Shown: positions 26,876-37,090, counted from the stretch's first letter. The stretch is 40,407 nucleotides of DNA from Promethearchaeota archaeon (GCA_018238625.1 JABCSY010000029.1:1-40407); one strand, 5' to 3'. Notes: generated by a model not told the origin, from the letters alone. Numbers and translations: made by a program.

Positions 26876-28159
26876 ATGGAATTAAAAGAAGTATGGTTAA
26901 TTGATTATGCGCGAACGGCGTTCTCTCGATCTAGGCCAAAACAACCAGAAAGAGATGTATTTGGTGAAATTAGAGGCGACGAACTTCTTGCTAAATTGTT
27001 AATGAAATTTTTCGATGGAAAATTAGCGGATAAAGGAATCGAAAAGAAGGACATAGACGAGTTTACGGTTGGATCTGCCATGGGCGTCTGGGAGAATTGG
27101 GCTTATGGAGGCCGACTTCCAATGTTCTTAGCAGACTTTCCTTACGAAGTACCTGCTATGTTTGTAGATAGACAATGTGGCTCAGCTGGTAGTGGAATGC
27201 ACGTTGGAATTATGGAGATTATGACGGGATATAGTAAAATTTGCATGGCTACAGGCGTTGAACATATGACTCGGGTCGATATGCAAAACGATCACATTCG
27301 CCCAAATCTGAAAATGATTAATAAAAAGAGCGAATGGTATAGACCTAAATATGACTTAATGACAACAATCAACATGTTACAAACAGCTCAAAAGCTATAC
27401 GAACAAGAGGTACCTGCTTTCACTAAAGAAGATTTGGATAAATTCGGAGTGAGAGCTCATAATTTAACGGTTAAAAATCAAGAATCTGGTTGGTTTAAGG
27501 GAGAGATTATCCCAATTGAAGGCCATGTTGGTGGCAATGTAGAGGAACCATTAATGGTTGATAAAGATATGGCTGCGAGAAAATCAACTTTAGAAAGCGT
27601 TGCAGGATTGCGAAGGTTATCTAAACCTTTTTTCCTAAAACAAAATGGCGGTAGAGCGGGCTATAAAGAGAGAGAAGGGACTACTGAAGGAGTAATAACT
27701 GCCGGAAACTCTTCACCTCTGAATGCAGGGGCAACAGCTTGCATTGTAATGTCTGCCGAGGAGGCTAAAAAGCGGGGACTTGAACCGATGGCTAAGATAG
27801 TTTCAATTGGATGGGCCGGAGTAGATCCTAGCGTTATGGGTCGTGGGCCTGTTCCTGCAACGGAGATGGCCTTAAAGAACGCTGGATTAACTGCTGATGA
27901 TATCGATTACTGGGAAATTAACGAAGCTTTCTGCATTGTGGCTTTAAATTGTATGAAACATTTTAATATTCCTGAAGAAAAAGTAAATGTCATGGGTGGT
28001 TCCACCGCAATTGGTCATCCGCTAGGCTCTACGATGGTAAGATTACCCGGAACTCTAGCTCGCATTCTAAAAGACAAAAAGGCTAAGTACGGCGTAGCTA
28101 ACGCGTGTTGCGGTGGCGGACAAGGCGTCGCTACAATACTTGAAAATCTCGATGCCTAA
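26876..28159 (+). CDS. Acetyl-CoA C-acyltransferase (thiolase), copy 2
   Basis: DRQCGS, NEAF, GHPLGST and CCGGGQG motifs. Start moved to ATG 26876 (MELKEVWL aligns with copy 1; GAGGT upstream). Confidence 0.95.
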   Translation: MELKEVWLIDYARTAFSRSRPKQPERDVFGEIRGDELLAKLLMKFFDGKLADKGIEKKDIDEFTVGSAMGVWENWAYGGRLPMFLADFPYEVPAMFVDRQCGSAGSGMHVGIMEIMTGYSKICMATGVEHMTRVDMQNDHIRPNLKMINKKSEWYRPKYDLMTTINMLQTAQKLYEQEVPAFTKEDLDKFGVRAHNLTVKNQESGWFKGEIIPIEGHVGGNVEEPLMVDKDMAARKSTLESVAGLRRLSKPFFLKQNGGRAGYKEREGTTEGVITAGNSSPLNAGATACIVMSAEEAKKRGLEPMAKIVSIGWAGVDPSVMGRGPVPATEMALKNAGLTADDIDYWEINEAFCIVALNCMKHFNIPEEKVNVMGGSTAIGHPLGSTMVRLPGTLARILKDKKAKYGVANACCGGGQGVATILENLDA

Positions 28160-28345
28160 TTAAATTCTATTTATTAGGTAAACTTCTTTTTTTTATTTTC
28201 TTACAAAACTAGAACCATTATAGTTCTCTTCTAATTATATTTCAAATTTATTCTAGAAATATTTAAATATCAAACAATAACAATTAGACTTACTATAAAT
28301 TCTACAATAAATTTCGTATTAATAAATTTTGTAAGGTGAAATAAA

Positions 28346-28552
28346 ATTACTGTCTATAAAAGTATTCAGCTAGTTGCCACAAGCGACAAGAATTGGGCAG
28401 ACGCGGTTAAGGTCGCTTATGACGAAGCAAAGAAGTCCCTTCGTGGTATTCGAAATATCCAAATTGTCGAATCTGATGTTAAGGTTAAAGAAGATCAAGA
28501 TAAATTGATTTATCGGGTTCGAGTTCAAATAAATTTCCAAATCGAAAAATAA
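28346..28552 (+). CDS. Dodecin family protein, 68 aa, apparent ATT start, not in ORF track
   Basis: (M)TVYKSIQLVATSDKNWADAVKVAYDEAKKSLRGIRNIQIVESDVKVKEDQDKLIYRVRVQINFQIEK; SD AGGTGA at 28334-28339; T-tract after the stop. Confidence 0.88.
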   Translation: MTVYKSIQLVATSDKNWADAVKVAYDEAKKSLRGIRNIQIVESDVKVKEDQDKLIYRVRVQINFQIEK

Positions 28553-28683
28553 AATAATACAACTTTTTTTTTATTAAACGACATATTTCAAATATATTTT
28601 TTTAAATAATATAATTTTAAAAAGGTAAATGGTTTAGATTTTCATACTAACTTAATTTAAACGTATTAAGATTGGTTATTGTT

Positions 28684-28788
28684 ATGGAAGAGTTATTAGA
28701 ATCTTATGGATGGTATATTATTGCGGGGATAATTACCTTAGTTGTGTTAATCACTTGTTGCACAATCAATAGAAAACTTCTAAGCTAA
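28684..28788 (+). CDS. 34-aa single-pass membrane microprotein (MEELLESYGWYIIAGIITLVVLITCCTINRKLLS)
   Basis: Acidic N-terminus, one TM helix, CC and a basic tail. Confidence 0.55.
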   Translation: MEELLESYGWYIIAGIITLVVLITCCTINRKLLS

Positions 28789-28833
28789 TAATTGTAAATA
28801 ATTTGGGCGTAACATTCGTTTGGCACTGTTTAG

Positions 28834-29580
28834 CTAAATCCCTAAACCATTTCTATTTAGATCGTCAATTAATTTTGGTAAAGCTTCTTTATTTATGTTA
28901 ATATAATCGCCGTCTAATTCAAAGTTATACTTTTGTCCCCACTTAATTAGAACTTTTATTAGAGTTTCTTTGTCTAGTTTGAGTAATTCTTGTAGCATAT
29001 CGACTTTAATACGTTTTGAAACGCTTAATAATGCCTTTAATTGTTTAATAACGCTCTCGTTTTCTTTAGGTTCGGTTTCTGCTTTATTTAGATTATCTAA
29101 CCTCTGTCTAATTGCCATAAGAGCTTGTTTAGCGTAAACAAAATCGGGATCGATTTTTAAAGCTTTCTGGTGAGCTTCTATAGCTTTTTCTAGATTTTCT
29201 CTTTCTTCGTAGATTAGACCAATGTTGTAATGGCAATGCTTATAATCCGGTTTTATAGAGATCGCGATTTCGCAAGCGTTCAACGCTTCCTCAAATAGCT
29301 CTAAGTTAAAATAGGCGATCCCGAGGTTATAATGTGCTCTATAATTATGAGGGTCGATCTCTATTATTCTTTTAAAATTTTTAATCGCTTTTTCATACTC
29401 TAAAACGTAATAATCGTTTAGATAACCTCCGTAAGCAAACAGGGCGTCAATTAAACTTTTCTTGATTTCGAGCTCGGGTTTATTATTGAATAAATCTTCT
29501 AAAATTTCTATACTTTCTTCGAAATCTTCGTTATCAACTAATTTCTTTGCTTTTTCAAGAATTTCTCTGTCGTCAGTCAA
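28834..29580 (-). CDS. TPR repeat protein with C-terminal PCI-like winged-helix domain
   Basis: Canonical TPRs (AHYNLGIAYFNLELFEEA, CHYNIGLIY); tail LSVSKRIKVDMLQELLKLD...FELDGDYININ. Confidence 0.8.
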   Translation of the reverse strand: MTDDREILEKAKKLVDNEDFEESIEILEDLFNNKPELEIKKSLIDALFAYGGYLNDYYVLEYEKAIKNFKRIIEIDPHNYRAHYNLGIAYFNLELFEEALNACEIAISIKPDYKHCHYNIGLIYEERENLEKAIEAHQKALKIDPDFVYAKQALMAIRQRLDNLNKAETEPKENESVIKQLKALLSVSKRIKVDMLQELLKLDKETLIKVLIKWGQKYNFELDGDYININKEALPKLIDDLNRNGLGI

Positions 29581-29590
29581 TTGATTTCAC

Positions 29591-30046
29591 TTAAATCTCA
29601 TTTTCGTACCAAATATTTGGCGATTTTTTTACTCCAAGCTTCATAAATACGCTTCTTAAGGCACCGTCTGAATCCGGACAGACGTAATACACTTTATCTA
29701 ATTTAAGCGTTTTCTTTATGTATAGCTGTAGTTCTCTAATTAAATTTTCCTCAATTCCTTTTTTGTAAGAATCTTCTTTTTTAGTTAAAATTTGATGAAT
29801 AATTGCTCGATCGTTGCCTAAATAATCCCTAAAAGAAGTGTACGTTCCCCAACCAACAATTTTCCCATCCTCTTTGGCAACCACCATAGAATTTCTATAT
29901 TGAAGGTCTAAGACTCTTTTATTTATCTCTTGTTCGAATTTTTGCCAATGTGAGAAGAAGTAAGACTTATTTTCGATAAAATCTTCAAAAATATCTTTAA
30001 GTGCCTCTCGATCTAATCGAGGGTCGTATCTATCGATAACAATCAT
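29591..30046 (-). CDS. GNAT-fold protein
   Basis: MVVAKEDGKIVGW, YKKGIEENLI and FMKLG motifs. Confidence 0.7.
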   Translation of the reverse strand: MIVIDRYDPRLDREALKDIFEDFIENKSYFFSHWQKFEQEINKRVLDLQYRNSMVVAKEDGKIVGWGTYTSFRDYLGNDRAIIHQILTKKEDSYKKGIEENLIRELQLYIKKTLKLDKVYYVCPDSDGALRSVFMKLGVKKSPNIWYENEI

Positions 30047-30153
30047 GATAGTTCTGTTAATGATTAATGGTTTTATAACATTTTTTCTTTTCAGTTTTAT
30101 TTTAATTAATCTTTAATAAAAACTCTTTTTTATGTTCTGAAATATTAGAACTT

Positions 30154-30669
30154 ATGAAACAAACAGATGAAACAGACAAATTGATTATACCTTTCAAAAA
30201 AACCAATAAGAACGCTACGCTTCCTATAATTTCAAAAAAAGGAGACGCTGGCGCTGACGCTCGAATTAGTGGTTTTAAACAAATCGTTAACGAAAACGGT
30301 AAAAAAGAATTAATCGAGCTTGACACTGAAACTTATACGCTAAAACCCTTGGAACGGATTGGGTGCCCTTTAGGGTTCGCCACAGCCATCCCAGAAGGAT
30401 ATTACTTTAAGGTCGTACCCCGCAGTGGTCTCGCGCTATGGGAGGGAATATCAATCGTTAATAGCCCTGGTACTATAGATTCTGGTTATAGAAACGAATG
30501 GATGGCTATTGTTGTTAACCTTTCAAATAAAGAAGTTCAATTAAAAAAAGGAGATAGAATATGCCAAATAATTCTTGGAAAGTTACACGAATACGAGATT
30601 ACCGAAAAGAACGAATTACTGGATTCAGATCGAGGTTTAGGAGGTTTCGGGTCAACTGGAAAAAATTAA
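30154..30669 (+). CDS. dut: Trimeric dUTP diphosphatase
   Basis: Motifs AGAD, PRSGLA, GTIDSGYR, GDRICQ and RGLGGFGSTG. Confidence 0.96.
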   Translation: MKQTDETDKLIIPFKKTNKNATLPIISKKGDAGADARISGFKQIVNENGKKELIELDTETYTLKPLERIGCPLGFATAIPEGYYFKVVPRSGLALWEGISIVNSPGTIDSGYRNEWMAIVVNLSNKEVQLKKGDRICQIILGKLHEYEITEKNELLDSDRGLGGFGSTGKN

Positions 30670-30701
30670 CTTAACTTTAAACTTAAATGCTTGGGATTTG
30701 A

Positions 30702-30911
30702 ATGGTTGAACTTACATTAGAAGAAAAATTTATAATTGAAAAATTAAAAGAAAACGGTGGGGACCTTAACTACAAGGAATTACAAACGCTCTGCCAAGAG
30801 GAATTTGAAGGCGTTAGGTTAATCTTGAAAAAATTAAAGGAAAAGCAGATTGTTAGTTATGAGGGAGTAATCCCCGGGTATTCCGCGGAAATTAAACTTA
30901 AAGAAGACTAA
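30702..30911 (+). CDS. Small winged-helix protein
   Basis: LTLEEKFIIEKLKENGGDLNYKEL...LILKKLKEKQIV pattern. Confidence 0.7.
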   Translation: MVELTLEEKFIIEKLKENGGDLNYKELQTLCQEEFEGVRLILKKLKEKQIVSYEGVIPGYSAEIKLKED

Positions 30912-31004
30912 AAAAATCTTTTTTAAATCTTGTATAATAAAATTCAAATTCTTAGATTAATTTGTTATATTATTCGTTTTCATTTTATTAGGATATTATA
31001 AAAT

Positions 31005-32528
31005 TTGGATGAGAATTTGACCGAATCTAATAATTTTGAACCATATAAAGACCACTTTCTGTATAAGATATTAAATCCAAAGAGTTTAGCAATTTTTGGA
31101 GCAAATAATAATTTATTAACAACAATGGGCTCTATGCAATTGCGTAACATTATCGCTGGTGGAGGATTTAATGGAAATATTTACCCAGTTCATCCAAGAT
31201 TGGATGAAGTTCAGGGTTATAAAGCGTATAAATCCGTAAGAGATTTACCCGTAGTACCCGATCTTGCTTTTCTTATATTACCTACGAGAGTAGTGCCTCA
31301 AGTTATGGAAGAATGCGGAGAAAAGGGTATTAAAAACCTTTTAATAACTTCTGGTGGTTTCAGAGAGATTGGAAAAGATGGAATTGAACTATCTAAAAAA
31401 ATAGACGACATTTCAAAAAAATACAATATGAGATTTGTCGGTCCTAACTGTCTTGGAATATATAATGGATGGTATGGGTTTCCTGAGAAAAAAGAAGCTT
31501 ATTTTAACACTTTTTGGCCTTATGCGATACCTGAACGGGGAAATATTTCTATTATAAGTCAATCAGGAACAATTGCCGCCCAAACTTTTTGGCATGCGAA
31601 AGAGATGGGTGTTAGGATTAGTAAATCGCTTTCTGTCGGTAACGAAAATAATATTGACATGGTTGATTTCTTAGAATATTTCAAAGACGACCCTCAAACA
31701 GGTGTAATTGGACTTTATATAGAAGAGATAAAGCGAGGAAAAGAGTTTATTAAATTGGTTAAGGAAATCACTCCAAAAAAGCCAATAGTTGCGATCTATA
31801 CGGGAGGGACTAAAGCAGCAGATAGAGCGATCAAAAGTCATACAGGCTCTTTAGGTGGCAATCAAAAGATTTACGACGCAGTCTTTAAAGATGCTGGAAT
31901 CATCTCTACCAACTCAATATCAGATTTCTTATACTACTTAAGGACTTTGTCCTTTGCTCAAAAATATAACATATTTATGAAAGGATCTAGGGTAGGGATT
32001 ATTACCGATTCAGGTGGTTCAGGTTCTATGATGACGAAATCATCCGAGTTATATGGTTTAAAGGTGCCCGAATTTTCTAAACAACTAAAAAGTGAGCTTT
32101 CCGAATTAATACCTTTTACTGCGAGCGCTAACAACCCTATTGATGTTACTTTCGACGTGAATTTTTTAAACATATTTTACAAATTTCCAAAGATGTTAAT
32201 GAAATCGGGAGAAGTTGACTCAATAATTATTTGGGGCGTTTTTGATTTCGACGATGTGATAGAAACGATTGAGAAATCAGGGATGATAGTTGACGAGAAT
32301 GTGAAAAATATGGGCCTCATGTTAGATAGGGCTATCATAAAACCGGTTAAGCGTCTAATGAAAAAATATTCCGTTCCAGTTTTTTTCAGTGGGCCATTTC
32401 CATACAGATTTTCTTGGTTTCAAAAATTTATGTCTTACGATATACCCATTTTTGATTTGTGGGATGCTCCACCTAAATGTTTAAAAATTCTATACGAGTA
32501 TTCAGAATATCGCAAAAAACATCAATGA
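31005..32528 (+). CDS. ADP-forming acyl-CoA synthetase, alpha subunit (AcdA-like)
   Basis: PKSLAIFGA, GPNCLG, SQSG, SVGN, phospho-His SHTGSLGG and NPIDVT motifs. Confidence 0.92.
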   Translation: MDENLTESNNFEPYKDHFLYKILNPKSLAIFGANNNLLTTMGSMQLRNIIAGGGFNGNIYPVHPRLDEVQGYKAYKSVRDLPVVPDLAFLILPTRVVPQVMEECGEKGIKNLLITSGGFREIGKDGIELSKKIDDISKKYNMRFVGPNCLGIYNGWYGFPEKKEAYFNTFWPYAIPERGNISIISQSGTIAAQTFWHAKEMGVRISKSLSVGNENNIDMVDFLEYFKDDPQTGVIGLYIEEIKRGKEFIKLVKEITPKKPIVAIYTGGTKAADRAIKSHTGSLGGNQKIYDAVFKDAGIISTNSISDFLYYLRTLSFAQKYNIFMKGSRVGIITDSGGSGSMMTKSSELYGLKVPEFSKQLKSELSELIPFTASANNPIDVTFDVNFLNIFYKFPKMLMKSGEVDSIIIWGVFDFDDVIETIEKSGMIVDENVKNMGLMLDRAIIKPVKRLMKKYSVPVFFSGPFPYRFSWFQKFMSYDIPIFDLWDAPPKCLKILYEYSEYRKKHQ

Positions 32529-32749
32529 TTAGATTATTTTTTTATGCAAATAGATTTTTTAAGATTTTTATTGAAATCATTTTAATATAGCGAACTTCTT
32601 GGTTTCAATGTTAAAATTGTCTATAATCTAAGATAATAGAAATAGAATAAACCTAACGAATTAAACTAAAATTAAAAAATGCGAAATATATTAGTTTAAT
32701 AACTTAAAAAAATGAAACTATTGTAAAAGCGTAAAACTATTCAAGAACC

Positions 32750-35044
32750 TTGCAAAATCCAAAAAAAAGAGTTTTAACAGAAGATGTAAATCAACGTAAA
32801 TTATTAGAAAAAAGAGTTGAAGAATCGGAGAGGAGATATAGGGGACTATACGAATCATCTCCAATTTCTTTGACAGTAACTGATAACAATGGTACCATAT
32901 TAGATGTTAATTCTGCTACGGAAAAAATCTTTGGATTTAAAAAAAGTGAAGTAATAGGAAAAAAATATTTTGATTTAGGAATTTTCTCACCTGAACATGT
33001 TGAGAGATTTAAAAAAGACTATGAAGAATCTTTAAAAGGAAAAAAAATAAACCCGATTGAAATTCAAATAAAAAAAAAAGACGGTACTATTGCATGGCTT
33101 AGCGTTCAAAATTCTCTAAAAAAAATTGATAATGAAATTTTAATAGAAGGTATAGCCCAAGACATTACAGAAAGGAAAACAGCAGAGCAAAAATTAATCG
33201 AATCACAAAAAAAATTTAAGGATTTAACAAACTCTTTACCAGAAGTAATTTTTGAGATTGATTTAAACTTTAATTTAATTTATACAAACACAATCGCGTC
33301 CCAGATTTTTGGATATTCTCACGAAGACTTTAAAAAGGGTTTAGATATATTTAATTTCATTTCTTCTGAAGATAAAGAACGAGTTCTTGAAAGTCTAAGC
33401 CGTATATTTAAAGGAGAATTTATTGAACCTATCATTTTACAACTAAGAAAGAAAGATGGATCCTTTTTTTACGGGAATATTAACGCAACGCCAATTTTTA
33501 AGGGATCAAAAATAGTGGGCATGAGAAGCGTAATTCATGATGTAACTGAGATGGTGAACGCCGAAGAAAAAATAAAAGAATCTGAAGCAAAATTTCGAAC
33601 GATTTCCGAGCAATTATTGATGGGCATTTCAATTATTCAAGATGAGAGAATAAAATACGTTAATGAAACACTTGCGAATATACTCGGATATTCTATTGAA
33701 GAAATATTAAACTGGAGTCCTGGAGAGTTCTTCAAAACTATTCATCCTAGAGATAAAAAAAGAATTATAGAATTATCAACTAAAACTGATAATCGTTTCG
33801 AAAATGGTGTAAATTATTATGAAGCTCGAGGAATTCATAAAAATGGTAATATTATTTGGTTGGAAATATATAATAAGGTAATTACATTTCAAAAAAAACC
33901 CGCATTCTTAGTATCATATATAGATATTAGTAAAAGAAAAAAAGCAAAAGAGGAACTAAGAGAATCTGAAGTAAAATATCGAAATCTATTTGAAAAATCA
34001 CCCTCTTCAATACTTCTAATTGATACATCTGGAAAGATTGTAGATTGTAATCCCGCTTTAGAAAAGTTAACTGAATACGATAGGATTGATATTATCGGTA
34101 AAAGGTTTTACAAACTTCCAGTTATTCCTCTAAAATATTTACCCGGTTTGCTTAAAAGACTTAAGCAGATTTCAGATGGAGAAACTATACCATCTGTAGA
34201 TATTCAATTAACTAAAAAAGATGGGAGCATAATATGGGTAAGTGTTGATTCCTCTTTAATGAAAATGGGAGATAAAACGTATATTATGGTAATGGGTCAT
34301 GATATCTCTGAGAAAAAAGAATTAGAAATAAAATTAAAAGAATTAAATGAAATGAGAAAGGAATTTATAGATAGAGCCTCTCACGAATTAAAAACTCCGA
34401 TCACTACGGTTTATGGCGCATACCAGCTACTAGATATTTTGCATAAAGATAAATTTGATACAGAGCAATTGGAATTATTAGAAATGGCTTTTAGTGGAAC
34501 CAGGAGAATAAGAAAATTAGTAGACGATTTGCTTGATGTATCTTTAATGGAGTCGAAAACATTTAAACTAATTAAAAGAAAAACTAATCTTGGTGATTTG
34601 ATCTCAAATTGCGTTAAAGAAATGAGATATTTTAGCAATAAACGCAATCATGAAATAATAATAGATCTCGAACCGGAACTTTACTTGAATGTAGATGAGT
34701 CTCGAATTGAGCTTGTTTTAACGAATCTTATCTCAAATGCGATAAAATACACGCCTTCGAAAGGTAAAATAAATATTAAAATGATATCTGATGATAAATT
34801 TGCTCAAATAATAATAAAAGATACAGGCGTAGGTTTAGCTAAAAAAGAAATTGAAGGTCTTTTTAAAAAGTTTAGTAGAATAGAATCTCCTTTAAAGAAA
34901 GATCTCGACATAGATTTAGGAAGTACAGGTTTAGGATTATTCATATCAAAAGAAATTATTGAACTTCATGAAGGAGAGATCTGGGCCGAATCTGAAGGAA
35001 AAGGAAAAGGTTCCACTTTTTCAGTCAAAATTCCTGTTAAATAA
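32750..35044 (+). CDS. Cytoplasmic sensor histidine kinase with four PAS domains
   Basis: Four PAS/PAC repeats ending DITERK, DVTE, DISKRK and DISEKK; H-box SHELKTP; N-box NLISNAIKY; G boxes DTGVG and GLGL. Confidence 0.95.
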   Translation: MQNPKKRVLTEDVNQRKLLEKRVEESERRYRGLYESSPISLTVTDNNGTILDVNSATEKIFGFKKSEVIGKKYFDLGIFSPEHVERFKKDYEESLKGKKINPIEIQIKKKDGTIAWLSVQNSLKKIDNEILIEGIAQDITERKTAEQKLIESQKKFKDLTNSLPEVIFEIDLNFNLIYTNTIASQIFGYSHEDFKKGLDIFNFISSEDKERVLESLSRIFKGEFIEPIILQLRKKDGSFFYGNINATPIFKGSKIVGMRSVIHDVTEMVNAEEKIKESEAKFRTISEQLLMGISIIQDERIKYVNETLANILGYSIEEILNWSPGEFFKTIHPRDKKRIIELSTKTDNRFENGVNYYEARGIHKNGNIIWLEIYNKVITFQKKPAFLVSYIDISKRKKAKEELRESEVKYRNLFEKSPSSILLIDTSGKIVDCNPALEKLTEYDRIDIIGKRFYKLPVIPLKYLPGLLKRLKQISDGETIPSVDIQLTKKDGSIIWVSVDSSLMKMGDKTYIMVMGHDISEKKELEIKLKELNEMRKEFIDRASHELKTPITTVYGAYQLLDILHKDKFDTEQLELLEMAFSGTRRIRKLVDDLLDVSLMESKTFKLIKRKTNLGDLISNCVKEMRYFSNKRNHEIIIDLEPELYLNVDESRIELVLTNLISNAIKYTPSKGKINIKMISDDKFAQIIIKDTGVGLAKKEIEGLFKKFSRIESPLKKDLDIDLGSTGLGLFISKEIIELHEGEIWAESEGKGKGSTFSVKIPVK

Positions 35045-35146
35045 TTATCCAATTTTTATTAATAAAAACTTGTTCTTTTCAATTTTCCACTAATTTTTTA
35101 AATAAATTCTAATCTATTATATTTAGAATCTTTAAAAAAACTAAAA

Positions 35147-36163
35147 TTGGTTATTCGTTTGTCTCTCGATTTTAACAATCCGCCCTTGAAAATATTTAGC
35201 TCTTCAAGCACAAAAAAAGGTATAGAAATTGGAGGAGCTAAATCAATAATAAGCATAGATAGTTCCCATAATTTTTACAACGAGGGTAATATTTATACTG
35301 AAATGTCGTGGGCTGCCTTTTACGAAGAAGAGGGGTTAGAAGATCAGATCGATACTTTTACTACGACTGAATATGATTCTATTCGAGAAGATCCCGAGGC
35401 TTTAGTTGACACAATTGTAAAAACTATTTATCAAATTATCAACAATCGGAAAATCTTCTATGGAATTTTGGACTTGGAAGTTGACGCTTTCTTAGATGCT
35501 AATACGACTGTAATTCCCGGGCTTAAATTGGATTACGAAATTATTAACAAATTGTTAGAAGCTCATAAAAGAACGCGGGAAAAAGGGTTATTTCCCAAGA
35601 TCATAATCGACGAAAAAGGTATCAACAAAATTAAAATCGAATTTCAAGGAAATAAAAAAAACCACCTTCACATAAAAGGATCAAAATTAGAGGATTTGAT
35701 AAATCAATTACGATTAGCAAAAGGATTTGCTGTAGGAATAGTTTGCACTTCAAGTAATGCGGCTAACTTATATATCATGAGTGATAACATCGTTTTTAGT
35801 AAAGACGAGATACCAGAATTGTATATTGATGACGATAACTTAAAGGTAATAGAATATGGAATTAAAAAGAAATTGCTTTTCCCAATCAGTTGGTTTAGAA
35901 TTGATATTGGGATTCGTAGCTTAGAAACCTTAGAACTATGGGAAAAAATTAAAGACAACCCAGAACTTAATAAAGCGTTTAACCATTACGAACGCTACAT
36001 CAATGCGTTAGTATTTAAGAAATTCAAGTCCGTAGCGGAATCTCAAAAAATTGGTACGAATTCGGAGGACGATTTTTACAATATGACGCCAAAGGAGCGA
36101 AAGAAAGCCTTAAAAGATATGGAAAAAGCAATTGAGATTCTCACAAGAGAATATAAAGAGTAA
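35147..36163 (+). CDS. Hypothetical protein
   Basis: 338-aa ORF with host-like composition; no recognised motif. Confidence 0.75.
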   Translation: MVIRLSLDFNNPPLKIFSSSSTKKGIEIGGAKSIISIDSSHNFYNEGNIYTEMSWAAFYEEEGLEDQIDTFTTTEYDSIREDPEALVDTIVKTIYQIINNRKIFYGILDLEVDAFLDANTTVIPGLKLDYEIINKLLEAHKRTREKGLFPKIIIDEKGINKIKIEFQGNKKNHLHIKGSKLEDLINQLRLAKGFAVGIVCTSSNAANLYIMSDNIVFSKDEIPELYIDDDNLKVIEYGIKKKLLFPISWFRIDIGIRSLETLELWEKIKDNPELNKAFNHYERYINALVFKKFKSVAESQKIGTNSEDDFYNMTPKERKKALKDMEKAIEILTREYKE

Positions 36164-36229
36164 CATATTGATATATAAAAAAAAATTATTAATAGAATTT
36201 TTCAATTCAATCCCATTTTAATAACATCT

Positions 36230-37090
36230 CTAAGAAAAAAGGATGCCTAACGCTTCTCCTACCCCGCCAAAGCCATGGGCAATTCCAGGTGCGATTATGT
36301 TATTCGTCTTTTCTTTTAAAAATCCATAAAAGAGTCCTGAAAAAAAAGTCCAAATGCCCCAAGACCAATTAAGTTCAAAAATTCCTTCAAAAGGGCTAAA
36401 CGGATTTAATACGTGGGATAATCCAAAAAGTAAAGATGCTATAATCAACCCTATACCAAACTCAACTCCGAGAAATTTAAATTTTCTTCCAAATTCTTCG
36501 TTAATTCTTGGTTGATAGTATCCTCTATAACGGATTTCTTCACCAAATCCCGAAAATATGAATTGCCATATAACTGTAGAGATTACTCTTCCTATAATAT
36601 CAGCAGGTTTATTCAGATAAAAACTTAGAAAAATTGGAAACAATAAAAAAGCCAGAAGTAGTATTACATTAATACGAGCATTTGACGATTTTTTCTCGTA
36701 ATCTTCCTCTTTCTTTTTTCTTACTAATAAAAGAATTAATACTATCGCAATAATTTCACAAGCTGATAATATTAATGCTCCAAACAGGTCGCTATAACTT
36801 AAATGAAGAAATATTAAAGCACAGACAGGGATTAATAACACTAACCAACTAGTAAGACCGACATCAAGACTAAATTTCCATCCTTCTTTCTTAAAACCAT
36901 ACAGTTTAAAATCTTTTTTCAAAATTAAAAGAATTATAAATGTAATAGAAATAGAGATCAATCCCGATGTGTAGCTCCACCCTAAAAGCTCAATTTCTAA
37001 CTTGAAAAATTCTATAGGTTTTAATACCCAACTAATTAGTTGAACAATTAAAAAAACGATTGAAACTTCAATTATCGATAAATATTTCAA
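36230..37090 (-). CDS. CPBP family intramembrane glutamic endopeptidase (type II CAAX/Abi)
   Basis: EEIRYRG, FGLSH and AHG motifs in a multi-TM protein. Confidence 0.92.
   Translation of the reverse strand: MKYLSIIEVSIVFLIVQLISWVLKPIEFFKLEIELLGWSYTSGLISISITFIILLILKKDFKLYGFKKEGWKFSLDVGLTSWLVLLIPVCALIFLHLSYSDLFGALILSACEIIAIVLILLLVRKKKEEDYEKKSSNARINVILLLAFLLFPIFLSFYLNKPADIIGRVISTVIWQFIFSGFGEEIRYRGYYQPRINEEFGRKFKFLGVEFGIGLIIASLLFGLSHVLNPFSPFEGIFELNWSWGIWTFFSGLFYGFLKEKTNNIIAPGIAHGFGGVGEALGILFS

Noticed and set aside
28684-28740. LESYGWYI resembles the TM start of eukaryotic selenoprotein S
   Set aside because: The match is too short, and the peptide has no coiled coil, UGA or SECIS.
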